Shown here: positions 1-11,472 of the stretch, in pieces | Layout of the letters: each line of letters opens with the position of its first letter | Numbering within the stretch: the stretch's first letter is position 1 | Source: Entomortierella parvispora E1425 | Lineage: Eukaryota; Fungi; Mortierellomycota | Direction of reading: 5' to 3' | NCBI GenBank assembly: GCA_020891255.1 | Contig: BQFW01000012.1 | Coordinates: 992,001-1,056,000, forward strand | DNA length: 64,000 bases | Notes under the pieces: generated by a model | Database searches by the model: none | What the model saw: the letters and a program-made list of their open reading frames with translations, nothing else | What the model was told of the DNA's origin: nothing | Translations under genes and position numbers: made by a program

Positions 1-70
1 GCTTTGCTGTGAGTGAAGGCGCTGCACGGTCAGTCTGATTTGACTGTTGCACGAGGTCTATTTGTTTGCA
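1..70 (-). repeat. Partial LTR of family H (outer end of a 5' or solo LTR) interrupting the pol of element F
   Basis: Matches the last 70 nt of the LTRs at 24857-25062 and 59068-59273 and ends ...TTTGTTTGCA. Element F pol resumes at 71. Confidence 0.9.
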
Positions 71-1091
71 TCGTCAGTCTCATCGGTCTCGTCAGACTGT
101 TCTGAGGTGTTGCGGATGAGGGCAAGGAACACTTCGGAGCCGGGTAAGCTTGCCATGGCGTGGAAATGCATGTGTGCGAGGAGGAGACCTTTGGAGCGGG
201 ATTGGATGTGGTCAGCCTTGAAGCCACGACAGTTCCACAGGACGTCAACGCCATTGTGATTGAAGTGGAGATCGTTGGTGCGCCAATTGATGAGGGGGTT
301 GATCTTGGTGAGCCATGGTTTACCAAGAATGAGGTCGTATTTGTTGAGGGGGTAGAGGATGGGGTTGAGTGTGTCGGAGTAGTCGCCGCGGTCGAGGGTG
401 ATGGGGACGGTGTGTGATGTGATAGAGGAAGTGCCGTTGGGGAGGAGGATAGGAATGGACAGGCATTGGGTTCGATCAAGCTTACGGCGTTTTTGAAATG
501 AGGAACTGATAATATTACCTTCTGCCCCACCATCAATTAGAACTTTCGCGGGGCGACCGTTGATCGAACCAATGAAGGTGAGCAGTTGGTTCTCCGCCTT
601 CTCGACAGTGAATTGGTGTAGGCGAATCGCACGACGCTTCAACTTCTTCAACTGACTTTTAGACGGAGGTACATGCAATAGGAGTATCGAGGGTGGAGTG
701 GAGACAAGAAGTGAGTTTTATTATATTGCAAGTTTCTAGCTTTTGTAGGTACACATCGCGTGATGTCACCGTATTCCTGTTACAGTACACTAGGTGCCAG
801 CGGAACAGCGAGAGGGTCCGGTTCATCTGTAGCGGAGGATCTAGGCACAGGAGCGGACTGGGCAACAGGGTTTTGGTTTTGGTTTTGATCCGAGGAGTCA
901 ACCAGTGGGGCAAGGATGTGAGCACTCTTGTCATGATTTGGGGCATGTTTTTGGGGTTCAGAATCATGAGAAGCTTTATTTGAGTTACTTAGCTTTGGAG
1001 TGCTGGATCCCCCTCCGCCACTGGCGTGACAAAGAGGTTCAGCTTCGGCAGCTAAGGTCCGGACCGACCTTAGTTGCCGGGGGCATTTCCC
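71..1091 (-). pseudogene. pol: Pol N-terminus/aspartic protease of element F, split by a solo A LTR
   Basis: ORF 58..678 contains [10 protein letters not shown] and [10 protein letters not shown]. The frame continues across the 674-784 insertion from the -1 slippery site at 1085-1091. Confidence 0.88.
674..784 (-). repeat. Solo LTR of family A (111 bp)
   Basis: Same sequence as the A1/A2/A3 LTRs. 5-bp TSD GTACA at 669-673 and 785-789; the empty site AGGTACACTAGG is seen in the paralogous A3 near 56921. Confidence 0.96.
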
Positions 1092-2044
1092 GAAGGGGAG
1101 CCGCCCTCGTTAGAAGATGTCATGTTGTTAACAGATACAGGTCCAGGACAGGACGTGGCGTAGTGACCGGCATTGATCTTGCGGCAGCGGAAGCAACCGT
1201 TGTTCTTGATGAGATATTGTTTATCTTCAGGTGTCAGTCTTTTCAGAGAAGAGTCTTGGTGGTGGCCGGAGCGAGATCGGTTGTTATTTCTAGAGAGGTT
1301 ATTGACCTGGATAGATAGGTTGTTGATAGTCTTCACAAGTGCAGCAACGGTGATGTTATCAATATCCATTGCCATGCTGGCGTCCTTAATAGCGTTAGCA
1401 CTAGCAGCAGTGTAGTCGAGTCCTGCAGAGGAAGACGAAGAAGGGGGGCGAACTTTGTACTCGTAGATCTGGTCGAACTGCTCGGCTACGCTGCACAGAT
1501 CTTGGATAGTGCACTTGGGATTGTTGAGCTTGTAAGTCAGGAGAACCTGTCGGAGATCTTTGGGGGCACCTTTCAAGAAGCACGAAGTGGCGGCCTGTTC
1601 AAGGGTGAGACGAGAGTCGGGGCTCATGTCGTGGGGACAAAGGAATGACATGTACTTGCGGGTGCGTGCCACGTAGTCCGATACCGTAGAGGTCATCTTG
1701 ATATCGAATAACATATTGCGCACTTGGTCAATAAAACCAGCCGGCTGGAATGCAGCGTGGAAAGCTTTGACAAAGTCGTCCCAAGGGGCCTCATCGGAGA
1801 GGGCATTGCCCTCCCACCACAAGGTGGCGTCGTCGGTGAGGAAGATGGTTGCATGCAAGGTGCGTTCATGGTCGGGGATGCGGGCGCCTTTGAAGAAGCG
1901 AGTGATCGCAGTGAGCCAGATCTCGCATTTGAAGCCATCACGTTCGCCCTTGTAGTGTTCGGGCTGGGGAAAGCGGAATGTGGCCGCTGAAAAGAGGTTG
2001 GCAGCCGGGGTGGTGGTCGCAGGAGGGTTGTTTGGGACAGTCAT
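1070..2044 (-). CDS. gag: Gag of element F
   Basis: PQPEHYKG capsid-like motif and zinc knuckle CFRCRKINAGHYATSC; ends SGNAPGN*. ATG at 2044 (the ORF track starts upstream at TTG 2122). Confidence 0.88.
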   Translation of the reverse strand: MTVPNNPPATTTPAANLFSAATFRFPQPEHYKGERDGFKCEIWLTAITRFFKGARIPDHERTLHATIFLTDDATLWWEGNALSDEAPWDDFVKAFHAAFQPAGFIDQVRNMLFDIKMTSTVSDYVARTRKYMSFLCPHDMSPDSRLTLEQAATSCFLKGAPKDLRQVLLTYKLNNPKCTIQDLCSVAEQFDQIYEYKVRPPSSSSSAGLDYTAASANAIKDASMAMDIDNITVAALVKTINNLSIQVNNLSRNNNRSRSGHHQDSSLKRLTPEDKQYLIKNNGCFRCRKINAGHYATSCPGPVSVNNMTSSNEGGSPSGNAPGN

Positions 2045-2162
2045 TGAAAGGCCGTGGAAAAGGTCGGTGAGGTTGTCGATGGAATCGAGGGGTGTTGTTG
2101 GAGCCAGGGTGGCAAGGTTCAAGGGTCAAGGGTCAGGGGTCAGAGGTCGGGGGATCGAGGTT

Positions 2163-2174
2163 CCTTTGCTACCA
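2163..2174 (-). promoter_or_regulatory. Primer-binding site, initiator tRNA-Met type (element F)
   Basis: TGGTAGCAAAGG immediately after the 5' LTR. The same 12-mer follows the A and H 5' LTRs. Confidence 0.85.
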
Positions 2175-2293
2175 TGCAATAGGAGTACTGGGGACAGAGT
2201 GGAAACAAGAAGTGATGTTTATTTGAGTGCTAGATACTAACTTATATAGGCGAGGACCGCGTGATGTCACCGTATTAATGTCATACTGTTACA
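2175..2293 (-). repeat. 5' LTR of element F (119 bp)
   Basis: TGTAACA...ATTGCA termini. Shares blocks (CGCGTGATGTCACCGTATT, ACAAGAAGTGA) with the A LTR. Confidence 0.9.
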
Positions 2294-2455
2294 CAAGATG
2301 ACATCTTGTTTTGAGGTCAAAATCCTCCCATGACTTTCTTCTTTGATGCCCTACAGGTATATACCAAACCTGAGTGATGTAAAAACCCATTGGGATAAAA
2401 AAACCATCAATGCATCGCTCCAACACTTCGCCCAAATTCTCGTTGAGTATGGTGA

Positions 2456-4114
2456 TTAACGGCGGCTGCGTTTGATCGCTCGAACAGTCCTGTCGCTGCT
2501 GTCCTGGTCGCCACTAATTGTCTGCCTCTTTCTTGCAGACCTGGACGAAGCAAGCGGTATTAACTCTTGCTCCAAAGGCTGTCCTCTTTTTGACCTCCTC
2601 CGATCCAACACCTTACTGGTAGTATCGTTCTTCTTCACCATGATTGTCTGATCCTGGTTTATATACTGCTGAGTTGATTCTTGTCGCTTTCCAACTGTCT
2701 GCGCTTGACTCTTCGCCTGCCGACAAGGCTGCGTGGGGTCCTGTTTAGCTGGTTGACTCTGATCATAAGCCTTCCAATAGTCGCTAATACATTTCCGCTC
2801 AATAAAGTTCTCCTGAGGTTCCCAAGTTCTGTCTTTGGCCTTATACCCTTTCCAGTTGACGAGGTACTCCACCCCCTCCCCAGGTTCTTGCCTGTGATCG
2901 AGGATTTTCTCTACTTCATAAGTACTTGTTTCTTCAAAGTCGTCGAGCACAAGCTTTAACTGTGAAGGCGCGAATTTCCTGCCGAGCTCTTCACCTGTTC
3001 CGTCCTTTAATACGTAAGAACCGCCCACAGTCCGTCGTACAACAGTATACGGACCTTCATACCGAGGCGAAAGCTTGTCTCCTTGTATAGGGTCCAATGA
3101 CATTACTTTTGCTCCGTCTGGAAACTCATTGTGCAGTATCGTCCGGTTAAAACGCTCAATCATTCGACGTTGAGTATCCTGCGCTTTTGTTTGGATTGCG
3201 GGGAAGACGACCTTCGTCATGTACTCCAATCGCTTCACAAGTTCCTCCTCTGATGACCATTTTTCTGTGGTTGTGGTGAATTTGCTGAGACCATTGAATC
3301 GGCGCCCAAAAAATAAAGAAAATGGTGATGAGTTGTGTAAAGCCACAATTCTTGTGTTCATCGCCAATTGCGCCATTGGCACATGTAGTGCCCAATTGTC
3401 CTTCTGATCCTCGATCTCCTTGCGAATAATATTACATGCTGTCTTGACATGATTTTCTGCTACTCCGTTGCCTCTGGGCCAGATGATACGGGGTGACAAG
3501 TCGATGTTGAACATCAAACCTGGTGGTCAATTGCAGAAGGACGTTATTAGCAAATTCTTTTCCATTGTCCGATTGTAGAATGCGAGGAAAGCCGATAAGA
3601 GTAAATATCTTGAACAAGACTCTGGCAACAGTGAGCGCGCTCTTGTCTGGGATCGCCTCTAGAAAAACGAATCTTGTACAGACATCCACTAAAACGAGTA
3701 GGAATCGATTTCCATTGCTTTGTACAGGGAACGGACCGGCCAAGTCCACTGCCATATGTTCTCCTGGCAGCTGGGCGTGAATGGCAACCATAGGGTGGTA
3801 TCCTTTCCTAGCGATGTTGACTCGCTGGCATTCTTGGCAGCGTTGAACAAACTCCAAACAATCCTTGGCTAGCTTTGGCCAAGTCTTGCCCAACGAATGA
3901 ATCTGCTTCACCATCGCATTTGTGCCAATATGGCCCATTGCATGTGCATCGCTCACTATCTTATTGCGATTGGCCAACTTCACCGTCTCTTTAGGGGTGT
4001 CTTTGTCCTGAATTAAGTGAATGTAACTGTAGATCTTTGCTGCGTTTCTTTCCCCAGTCCTGTTCAACCACAGCTCCTGAGGGAATTGTCGCGACAGCGC
4101 GTCTGGCAGCACGT
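2456..4114 (-). pseudogene. pol: Integrase with chromodomain of element D (frameshift near 3480)
   Basis: HHCC (HAMGH...CQEC), VDLAGP / LQSDNG / E catalytic core, GPY motif (YEGPY) and chromodomain YEVEKILDHR...YLVNWKGY...TWEP. Confidence 0.93.
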
Positions 4115-5151
4115 TGTGATGTTGTCTAAAGTAAGTGTAGTCTAACGTCAGCAAAGGCTGGAGGTGAAAATGATAACGAAAAGAATAATAACGAACAAAG
4201 CTCGCTGCTTACATATGATAGGGACTTTGCTCTCTGTGCCACAAGGATCAAGCACAGCACTGCTATATGATCAGATACAATCTCGAGAGAATGAACTGGA
4301 TAGACAGGAGGAGGAGAATGAGCAACAGGATCACGATGTAAGCAGGAACGAAACTGAAAGGAGACTAATAAGGACATACCAATGAGCTAAGCACGTCCTA
4401 ATGGTAACCAAACAGGAGAATAAACAACTACGGAGGCGAACACTAGGTACTATACTAACTAATAACAACAACAAGGGAGGATTGAAGGGATCTAATCAGT
4501 AAGAGCAAGGCTAGAAGTATTCTATCAGGGTAAGGGGACAAGGCCGCCTAACTGAGGGTTCAGGAGGGACTCGAGGGAAGGCGACGAGAAGATAAGGGAG
4601 GTTCCCAAGCACCAGTTAAGGCCTCAGGGTGCCCAAGCGCCAGTTAAGGCCTCAGGGTGGGATGCCAAGATCGTACAAGTCCACTCAAAAGAGACAAGAC
4701 ATTGTTGGTACCTCGTAAGTGAGCAAGGACACGGAGAACGGGTTGGCCGAGGTTCCTGACGGGACTTGTCGAGGACGGGGAAGATCGTAACTTGTGAGTG
4801 TACAAGGTCGATCAACAGAACGCAATAGGTCTGTGATATCCAAAGGTAGGGGGGGGAGGAGGTTTAGACTAGCTACTAATAGTCTCAGCAATCGGAATTA
4901 AGGCGTCGAGCTTGCTGCTGCTGCAAAGGGGATATCGGGCAGGAAGGGGGGGATGTATGTTTGTGTTCTGAAGGGTTCAACAAAAGTGTACTGGCAGGAA
5001 TCGTAAAGGAAAAAGGCAACCAGGAGCAAAATGGATTTTGCTCCCTTCTTTATAGAAAAAAAACTGAAACTAAACAAAATAATAAATGCTACTGAAAATA
5101 TATCTCTACTCCGATGGATGTGGACCGGGACTCCACATCTACTACACCACA
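4115..5151 (-). repeat. 3' LTR of B1
   Basis: TGTGGTG...CATCACA in element orientation; near-identical to 13286-14323. Confidence 0.95.
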
Positions 5152-5234
5152 CCGATCCCAGGGTCTCTTTCTCACATCCTCCTATGTGAGAGCAAGCCAG
5201 TGAGTGTCTCTGGTGGGCTGATCCCCATATCCTA

Positions 5235-6400
5235 CTAGGTCGTTCGTTTATACGGTCTAAGGCGACTGTGATTAACGGGTCGACCTCCATAATATCGATG
5301 CCATTGTCCATCGATCTTTTCACTCAATCGATAGGCTCCTCCGGGCAAAGCTTCAACAATAACGTAAGGTCCCTTCCATCTGGGTGAGAGCTTACCGCTC
5401 CACTGCTTGAGAAGCGCGGATTGATGTACTAGTACCTCATCTCCAACTTCGTACTGTCGAGGGGGAGGGAGGTCGGCTGCATCGGTGGACCATTTGTGCT
5501 CATTTATGATCCTTTGATGAACCTCCGCGCGTAAAACTCCCAAGATTTCCCGTCTCTCCTCATCCACCTCTTCACGTTCTTCCAAGTCCATGTTGTGGTT
5601 AAGATCGATATCCCAGGGAAGGCGGGCTCGTTGCCCAAAAAGGATCTCGAACGGTGAAACCCCCCGGGTCTGTTTGATCTGGGTCCTCCAAGTCCAGGTA
5701 ACACGATCCAGAATGGTAGCCCACGCATTCTCTGGTAATCCATCGTGCTGGATGATACGGGCCATTTGACGCACCATGAAACCATTATACCGCTCTACCA
5801 TTCCGTTGGTCTGTGCATGATATGCAGAGGCTGGATCCAGATCGATCATATGCTTGATACACCATGCTTTGAAGACTCCTGCGGACAACGATGATCCATT
5901 ATCCGTGATGATACGTTTAGGATGGCCGTATTGCATCGCCCAATGTTTTTCAACTGTTCGCAAGACTAGGTTTCCAGACAAGGATGACAATGCAACGGAC
6001 ACAACCCATCCGGAGAGATAATCCACCATGTTCAAAACGAATCTTTTTCCATTGGACATTGGCAAAGGTCCGACGGCATCTAGTCCCACAGTCTCAAAGA
6101 TAGTTCGAGGCGGAGGTATGCGATGGAAACGATATCGGGTGGGGTCTCGTGCCTGATACCGTTGACATGCATCACAGCTGGATAAGTGTTCCTTAACGTC
6201 CTTGTACATCCCAGGCCAGAAGTATCCCTCGGCGATGAGAGTATAGGTCGAAACTACGCCCAGATGCCCGACGATGGTGGATCCATGAGCGCGTTCTAAC
6301 ACCCTAGATACTTCTCCTGGCGGCACGTATTGGCGAGGCATGCCGCCAGGCGTGCGCTTGAATAGACGACCTTGAGCAACAAAATACTTGGGTAGCATGC
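5235..6400 (-). pseudogene. pol: Integrase of B1 (no chromodomain), separated from RT/RH by A1
   Basis: HGSTIVGH...CDAC, GLDAVGP, IITDNG, MVERYN and WKGPY motifs; matches B2 47150-48319. Confidence 0.93.
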
Positions 6401-6629
6401 TGTAACAGGAATACGGTGACATCACGCGATGTGTACCTACAAAAGCTAGAAACTTGCAATATAATAAAACTCACTTCTTGTCTCCACTCCACCCTCGATA
6501 CTCCTATTGCATGGTAGCAAAGGTTTTCGATCCACTGACCTCACTGACCCACTGACCCTCCGACACACTTACACCCTGGACCCCCTCGTATCCCTCTTCG
6601 ATCAACTCTCCCTCGACAATTCACCCAAC

Positions 6630-7550
6630 ATGGACCCCGCGACACCGTCATTCAAATTCCCTCATCCAACACCGTTCAACGGCAAGCGCGACGGATTCTC
6701 TGTTCTCGGTTTTCTGAAACGCATGACCTTTTTCTTCGATGGCGCTGGAATTGCCGAATCTCGCAAGGTCGGGGTTACCCTTGCCTTTGCCGGCGATGAG
6801 GTTATCGGCTGGTGGGCACTCTTAAACAAGCCATCCGACACCTCATTCCCGGATTTCAGCGAGCTCCTTGCCACCGAGTTCAGTCCTGCGAAGTTTAAGG
6901 AGCACATTCTCGCCCTCACAATGCAAATGAAAATGACACTACCATTGAACATCTCCAACGTCATGGCCTATATTACCAAAGCCCGTGAATACCACCTGCT
7001 CCTCCAGTCTTACTACGCCGACAACGCAGTTCTCAACGATACTATCCGTACTGCCTTTCTCAGTGGTGCACCTACTCAGCTTCGCCAGATGCTGGAAGTG
7101 GCCATTGTTAATGCAGGCAACGACACCATAGATCTGCCCAGACTCTTCAAGGCCGCGGAGGAGTTCGGTCGTATCTTCCACACTGGAGACCCATCACTCG
7201 GTGCCAAAGCACTGGCTGCCTCGGGATCCTCTGCTGGTATCACCGACCCCAACGCAATGGAAGTGGACAATATTCATATCCAACTCAACAATATCCACAA
7301 GCAACTCGGCACCCTTCACCGCTCCTTACAGAACCGCCCCACCAACGGTACTAACAACCCTTCTCGAGATCGCCCCGCACCCCTGACCGCCGCCGACCGA
7401 GAGTACCTTGTACGTAACGGTGGCTGCTTCCGCTGCCGCGAATTGGGTCACATCAGTCCCAATTGCCCTAAGTACGGCAACGGCAGCCGAGGAATTAATC
7501 AAGTAACCGCGGGTGAATCCCCTGATTCGGGAAAAGCCTCCGGCAACTAG
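6630..7550 (+). CDS. gag: Gag of A1
   Basis: PTPFNGKRDG motif and CFRCRELGHISPNC knuckle; slippery site G GGA AAA at 7529-7535. Confidence 0.92.
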   Translation: MDPATPSFKFPHPTPFNGKRDGFSVLGFLKRMTFFFDGAGIAESRKVGVTLAFAGDEVIGWWALLNKPSDTSFPDFSELLATEFSPAKFKEHILALTMQMKMTLPLNISNVMAYITKAREYHLLLQSYYADNAVLNDTIRTAFLSGAPTQLRQMLEVAIVNAGNDTIDLPRLFKAAEEFGRIFHTGDPSLGAKALAASGSSAGITDPNAMEVDNIHIQLNNIHKQLGTLHRSLQNRPTNGTNNPSRDRPAPLTAADREYLVRNGGCFRCRELGHISPNCPKYGNGSRGINQVTAGESPDSGKASGN

Positions 7551-10500
7551 GGTCGGTCCGGACCCCAGTTGTCGAAACTGTAGCCAACAACCCTGAGCTA
7601 AGTACCTCAAATAAAACTTCACTTGATTCTACACCTCAGAAACATGACTCCAATCATGACAAGCGAACTCACATCCACGATGCTCTGGTTGTTCTATCGG
7701 ACCGAAACCAAAACCAAACCAAAAAACCTGTTGCCTCGCCCGCTCCAGTTGCCCTGTCCGCTCCTCTACCTAGATCCTCCGATACAGATGAACCGGACCC
7801 TCTCGCTGTACCGCCGGCACCTAGTGTACCTCTGTCCAAAAAGTCAGTTGAAGAAGTTGAAGCGTCGTGCGATTCGCCTACACGAATTCACTGTCCAAAA
7901 GGCAGAGAGCCAACTGCTCACTTTCATCGGTTCTGTCAATGGCCACGCTGCCAGAATCCTGATTGATGGTGGTGCAGAAGGTAATATTATCAGTTCGTCT
8001 TTTCAAAAGCGACACCAGCTCCTCCGCACTGAATGCTTGCCCATCCCCATCCTCCTCCCCAATGGCTCTTCCTCCCTCACATCACACACCGTCCCCATCA
8101 CCCTCAACCGCAGCGACTACTCCGATTCGCTCAACCCTATTCTCTATCCTCTCAACAAATACGACCTCATCCTTGGCAAACCCTGGCTCACCAAAGTTAA
8201 CCCTTGCATCAATTGGCGCACCAACGATCTTCATTTCACTCACAATGGAATCGATGTCAAATGGAGCTGCCGCGGCTTCAAGGCCGATCACATCCAAAGC
8301 CGCACCAAAGGACTCCTCCTCACACACATGCACTTTCATTCCATGGCAACCCTGCCCGGCTCGGAGGTGTTCCTGGCCCTTATTCGCAACACCCCAGAGC
8401 CCTCTGAAGAAACTGACCAACCGCGTACAATTCCCGATATGACCCCCAGAGGTGCGGTCCATTGTCATGGAAGAGTTCGCTGATGTCTTTCCGGAGAAAC
8501 TCCCGGACGGCCTGCCCCCAGACCGTGGTGATGCTATGAAGATCGAGACCGACCCGACAGCCGACCCACCCTTCCGCCCTGTCATTAGACTTTCAATCGC
8601 CGAGCTTGACGAACTTCGCAAACAACTGGACCAATTGCTAGCAGCAGGTTTTATCAAACCCAGTACCTCTCCCTATGGCGCCCCCGTGCTCTTTGTGCGG
8701 AAGAAGGACGGCACACTCCGAATGTGCGTCGACTACCGTGGCCTCAACAAGATCACCAGGAAGAACAGACACCCGTTGCCCCGTATCGACGAGCTTCTTG
8801 ACCGCTTCCGTGGAGCACGCTATTACTCCAAGTTGGACTTGTTATCCGGTTATCATCAGCAGCGTATCTTTGAACCACACACACACAAGACTGCCTTCCG
8901 TTGTCGCTATGGTCACTTTGAGTTCAATGTTGTTCCCTTTGGCCTTACTAACGCTCCTGCTTCGTTCTCCAATATGATGTTGCGAGTACTCGATCCAGTC
9001 TTGGACAAATGGGTTGTCGTGTATCTCGACGATCTGTTGATCTACTCCAAGACAAAGAAAGAACACCTGCAGCATCTCCGAAGCGTCCTGGCTCTCCTCC
9101 GCAAGAATGGTCTGTACGCGAAATTGAGCAAGTGCTCCTTCATGCAAGACGAAACTGAATTTTTGGGCCACACCATCACGAAGGACGGGATCAAAACATC
9201 GGCCGGGCTCAGCAAAGCCATCAGTGACTGGCCCACCCCCAAGAGCACAAAGGACGTCCAGCAATTTTTGGGGCTTGCGCAATTTTATCAACAGTACGTA
9301 TCGGGCTTTGCAGGGATTGCCCTCCCTCTCTCTTCCCTCCTCGCCAACAACACTCCCTTCAAATGGACCGACGAACAACAATCTGCATTCCTTCAGCTCA
9401 AACGCGCCATCTGCTCCGCCCCCGTCCTCCGCATCTTCGACCCTGATCTCTCACCTTTGTCGAAACAGATGCATCCGGTTTCGCCATCGGTGCAGTGCTG
9501 CTGCAGACTGACCGGGAAGGGAATACCCATCCCATCGCATTCACTTCCAGGAAAATGCAGTCAGCTGAGCGGAACTACCCTGTCCATGAGCAGGAACTGT
9601 TGGCTGTCATCCATGCGCTCCGCACTTGGCGCTACTACCTCGATGGAACCAAGTTCAGCGTCCACACCGACCACGCCACCCTCCGCCACTTCCCCCACAC
9701 AGCCCAAACTCACTCGTCGACAGGCTCGCTGGATGGAGTTGCTTCAGGAATACGACTTTGACTTCAAGTACAAGCGAGGAGTTGACAACATCGTCCCAGA
9801 CGCTCTCTCCCGACGACCGGACTACCGCGAGCCTGACCCTGTTGAGCTATACAACCTCAGCGTCTCCCTGTCCCCGGACGTCCGTGACCAGCTTGTCCAG
9901 GACTACAACGACGATCCTCGACTTGGACCCATCTACAAGGATTGCCTGGATGGGAAGGTTGCCAATGGATATTCATTCCAGAACAACCTCCTCTACTTTA
10001 CCCGACGTGGAGCAACCACCCTGGCCATCCCTCGGCACTCCCCGATCCGCCTCACTCTCTTGCACGACGCTCACGACTCTGCCACTGCTGGACACTTTGG
10101 TTTTCAAAAGACTTACGACAACCTGCGCCGTTTCGTATATTGGCCCCACATCGCCAAGGATACCCAGCAGTATGTAGCAACCTGCGAGAAGTGTCAAAGG
10201 AACAAGGACTCACAGGATCGACCAGCTGGACTCTTGCAACCGCTACCCATTCCTTCGCAACGTTGGGAGGTAGTCACCATGGACTTCATCGGCCCTCTTC
10301 CGCCCACAGCTAGAAATTTTGACGCCATCACAGTGTTTGTCGACAAGCTGACCAAGCAAGCTCACTTCGTCCCCAGTACTACCTCTGCCACAGCCGTCGA
10401 CGTCGCCCACCAGTTTTTTGACAACATCTTTAAGCTGCATGGCACACCAACATCCATCATCTCGGACCGCGACACTCGATTCACTAGTAGATTCTGGCAA

Positions 10501-11346
10501 GAGTTGCACAGGCTAATGGATGTCAAACTTGCACTGTCAACCGCCTACCACCCACAGACGGATGGGCAGACAGAGGTTATGAACAAGACGCTGAAGACTA
10601 TGTTGAGAGCGTTTATTGACAACAAGCAGTCTAACTGGGACCAGCTCCTTCCGTCACTGGAATTCGCCTATAACAACGCTGTCAATGCATCCACGGGATA
10701 CTCGCCGTTCTTCCTCAACTCTGGCCAGCACCCTCGTCTCCCCACCGCTCTCCTCGGTAAACCCAGCAGCTCAGTCCCCACTGTCGATACCTTCCTGACT
10801 GAGCAGGCGACCACCCTTGCCCTGGCCCAGGATGCTCTGCAGCGTGCTCAGGATCATCAGGAGCAACAGGCAAACAAGCGACGACGGGATCACAAGTACA
10901 AGGTTGGCGATAAGGTCCTGCTGCGTGCCACCAATATCACCATCCCTGCCGACAGTATCAGACCAGCCGATAAACTTCGACCTCAATTCCTTGGCCCGTT
11001 CACACTTTTGGAGCAACACTCACCTGTCACCTTCCGCGTCGAGCTGCCACCATTCTACAAAATCCATGACGTCTTCCACGTTGATACCTTTCGACCCTAT
11101 TTGCCGTCCCCGGAGTCACTCGGCATTCGAGCTCCTGCCCCCGTGGATCCCACTGTAATTGACGGCGAAGAGGAGTATGAAGTGGACGAAATTTTAAAGT
11201 ACCGCTTCTACCGCAGACAACACCAGTTCCTAGTGTCATTCAAAGGCTACGGCAGAGAAGCTGACGAATGGCTCCCAGTAAGCAACTTGGACAACTGCAT
11301 GGACTTGGTCACAACCTTCAAAGAGCAGCACGGTATCATTTTTTAA
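7529..11346 (+). CDS. pol: Pol of A1 (PR-RT-RH-IN-chromodomain), with four single-base indels
   Basis: LIDGG protease, YLDD RT, RNase H in the alternate frame 9495..9761, IN core and chromodomain [10 protein letters not shown]...WLP. Indels near 7840, 8445, 9450 and 9692. Confidence 0.9.
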
Positions 11347-11472
11347 AAGGGGAAGGTGTAACAGGAATACGGTGACATCACGCGATGTGTACCTACAAAA
11401 GCTAGAAACTTGCAATATAATAAAACTCACTTCTTGTCTCCACTCCACCCTCGATACTCCTATTGCACATGC

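Larger units (their letters stand above)
71..2293 (-). mobile_element. Ty3/Gypsy element F (relative of family A), 5' portion: LTR, PBS, gag, protease; the rest lies beyond the window start
   Basis: LTR 2175-2293 (TG...CA, similar to the A LTR), PBS TGGTAGCAAAGG, CCHC gag and LIDGGA protease, all paralogous to family A. Confidence 0.92.
6401..11467 (+). mobile_element. Chromovirus A1, full length (5067 bp)
   Basis: Identical 111-bp LTRs at 6401-6511 and 11357-11467; TSD CATGC at 6396-6400 and 11468-11472; PBS TGGTAGCAAAGG at 6512; PPT AAAAGGGGAAGG before the 3' LTR. Confidence 0.97.

Noticed and set aside
3470-3490. 4-bp insertion in D integrase (CCAG) as a transposon footprint
   Set aside because: It is not a tandem duplication and matches no footprint rule I can name.
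4126-4891. Recurrent small ORFs (MKMITKRII..., MSLLVSFQ..., MLRLLVAS..., MIDLVHSQ...)
   Set aside because: They lie inside the B LTR and recur only because the LTR is repeated; there are no recognisable domains.
8452-11346. 964-aa ORF as an intact Pol
   Set aside because: Compensating -1/+1 indels keep it open, but the RNase H half is in another frame (9495..9761).
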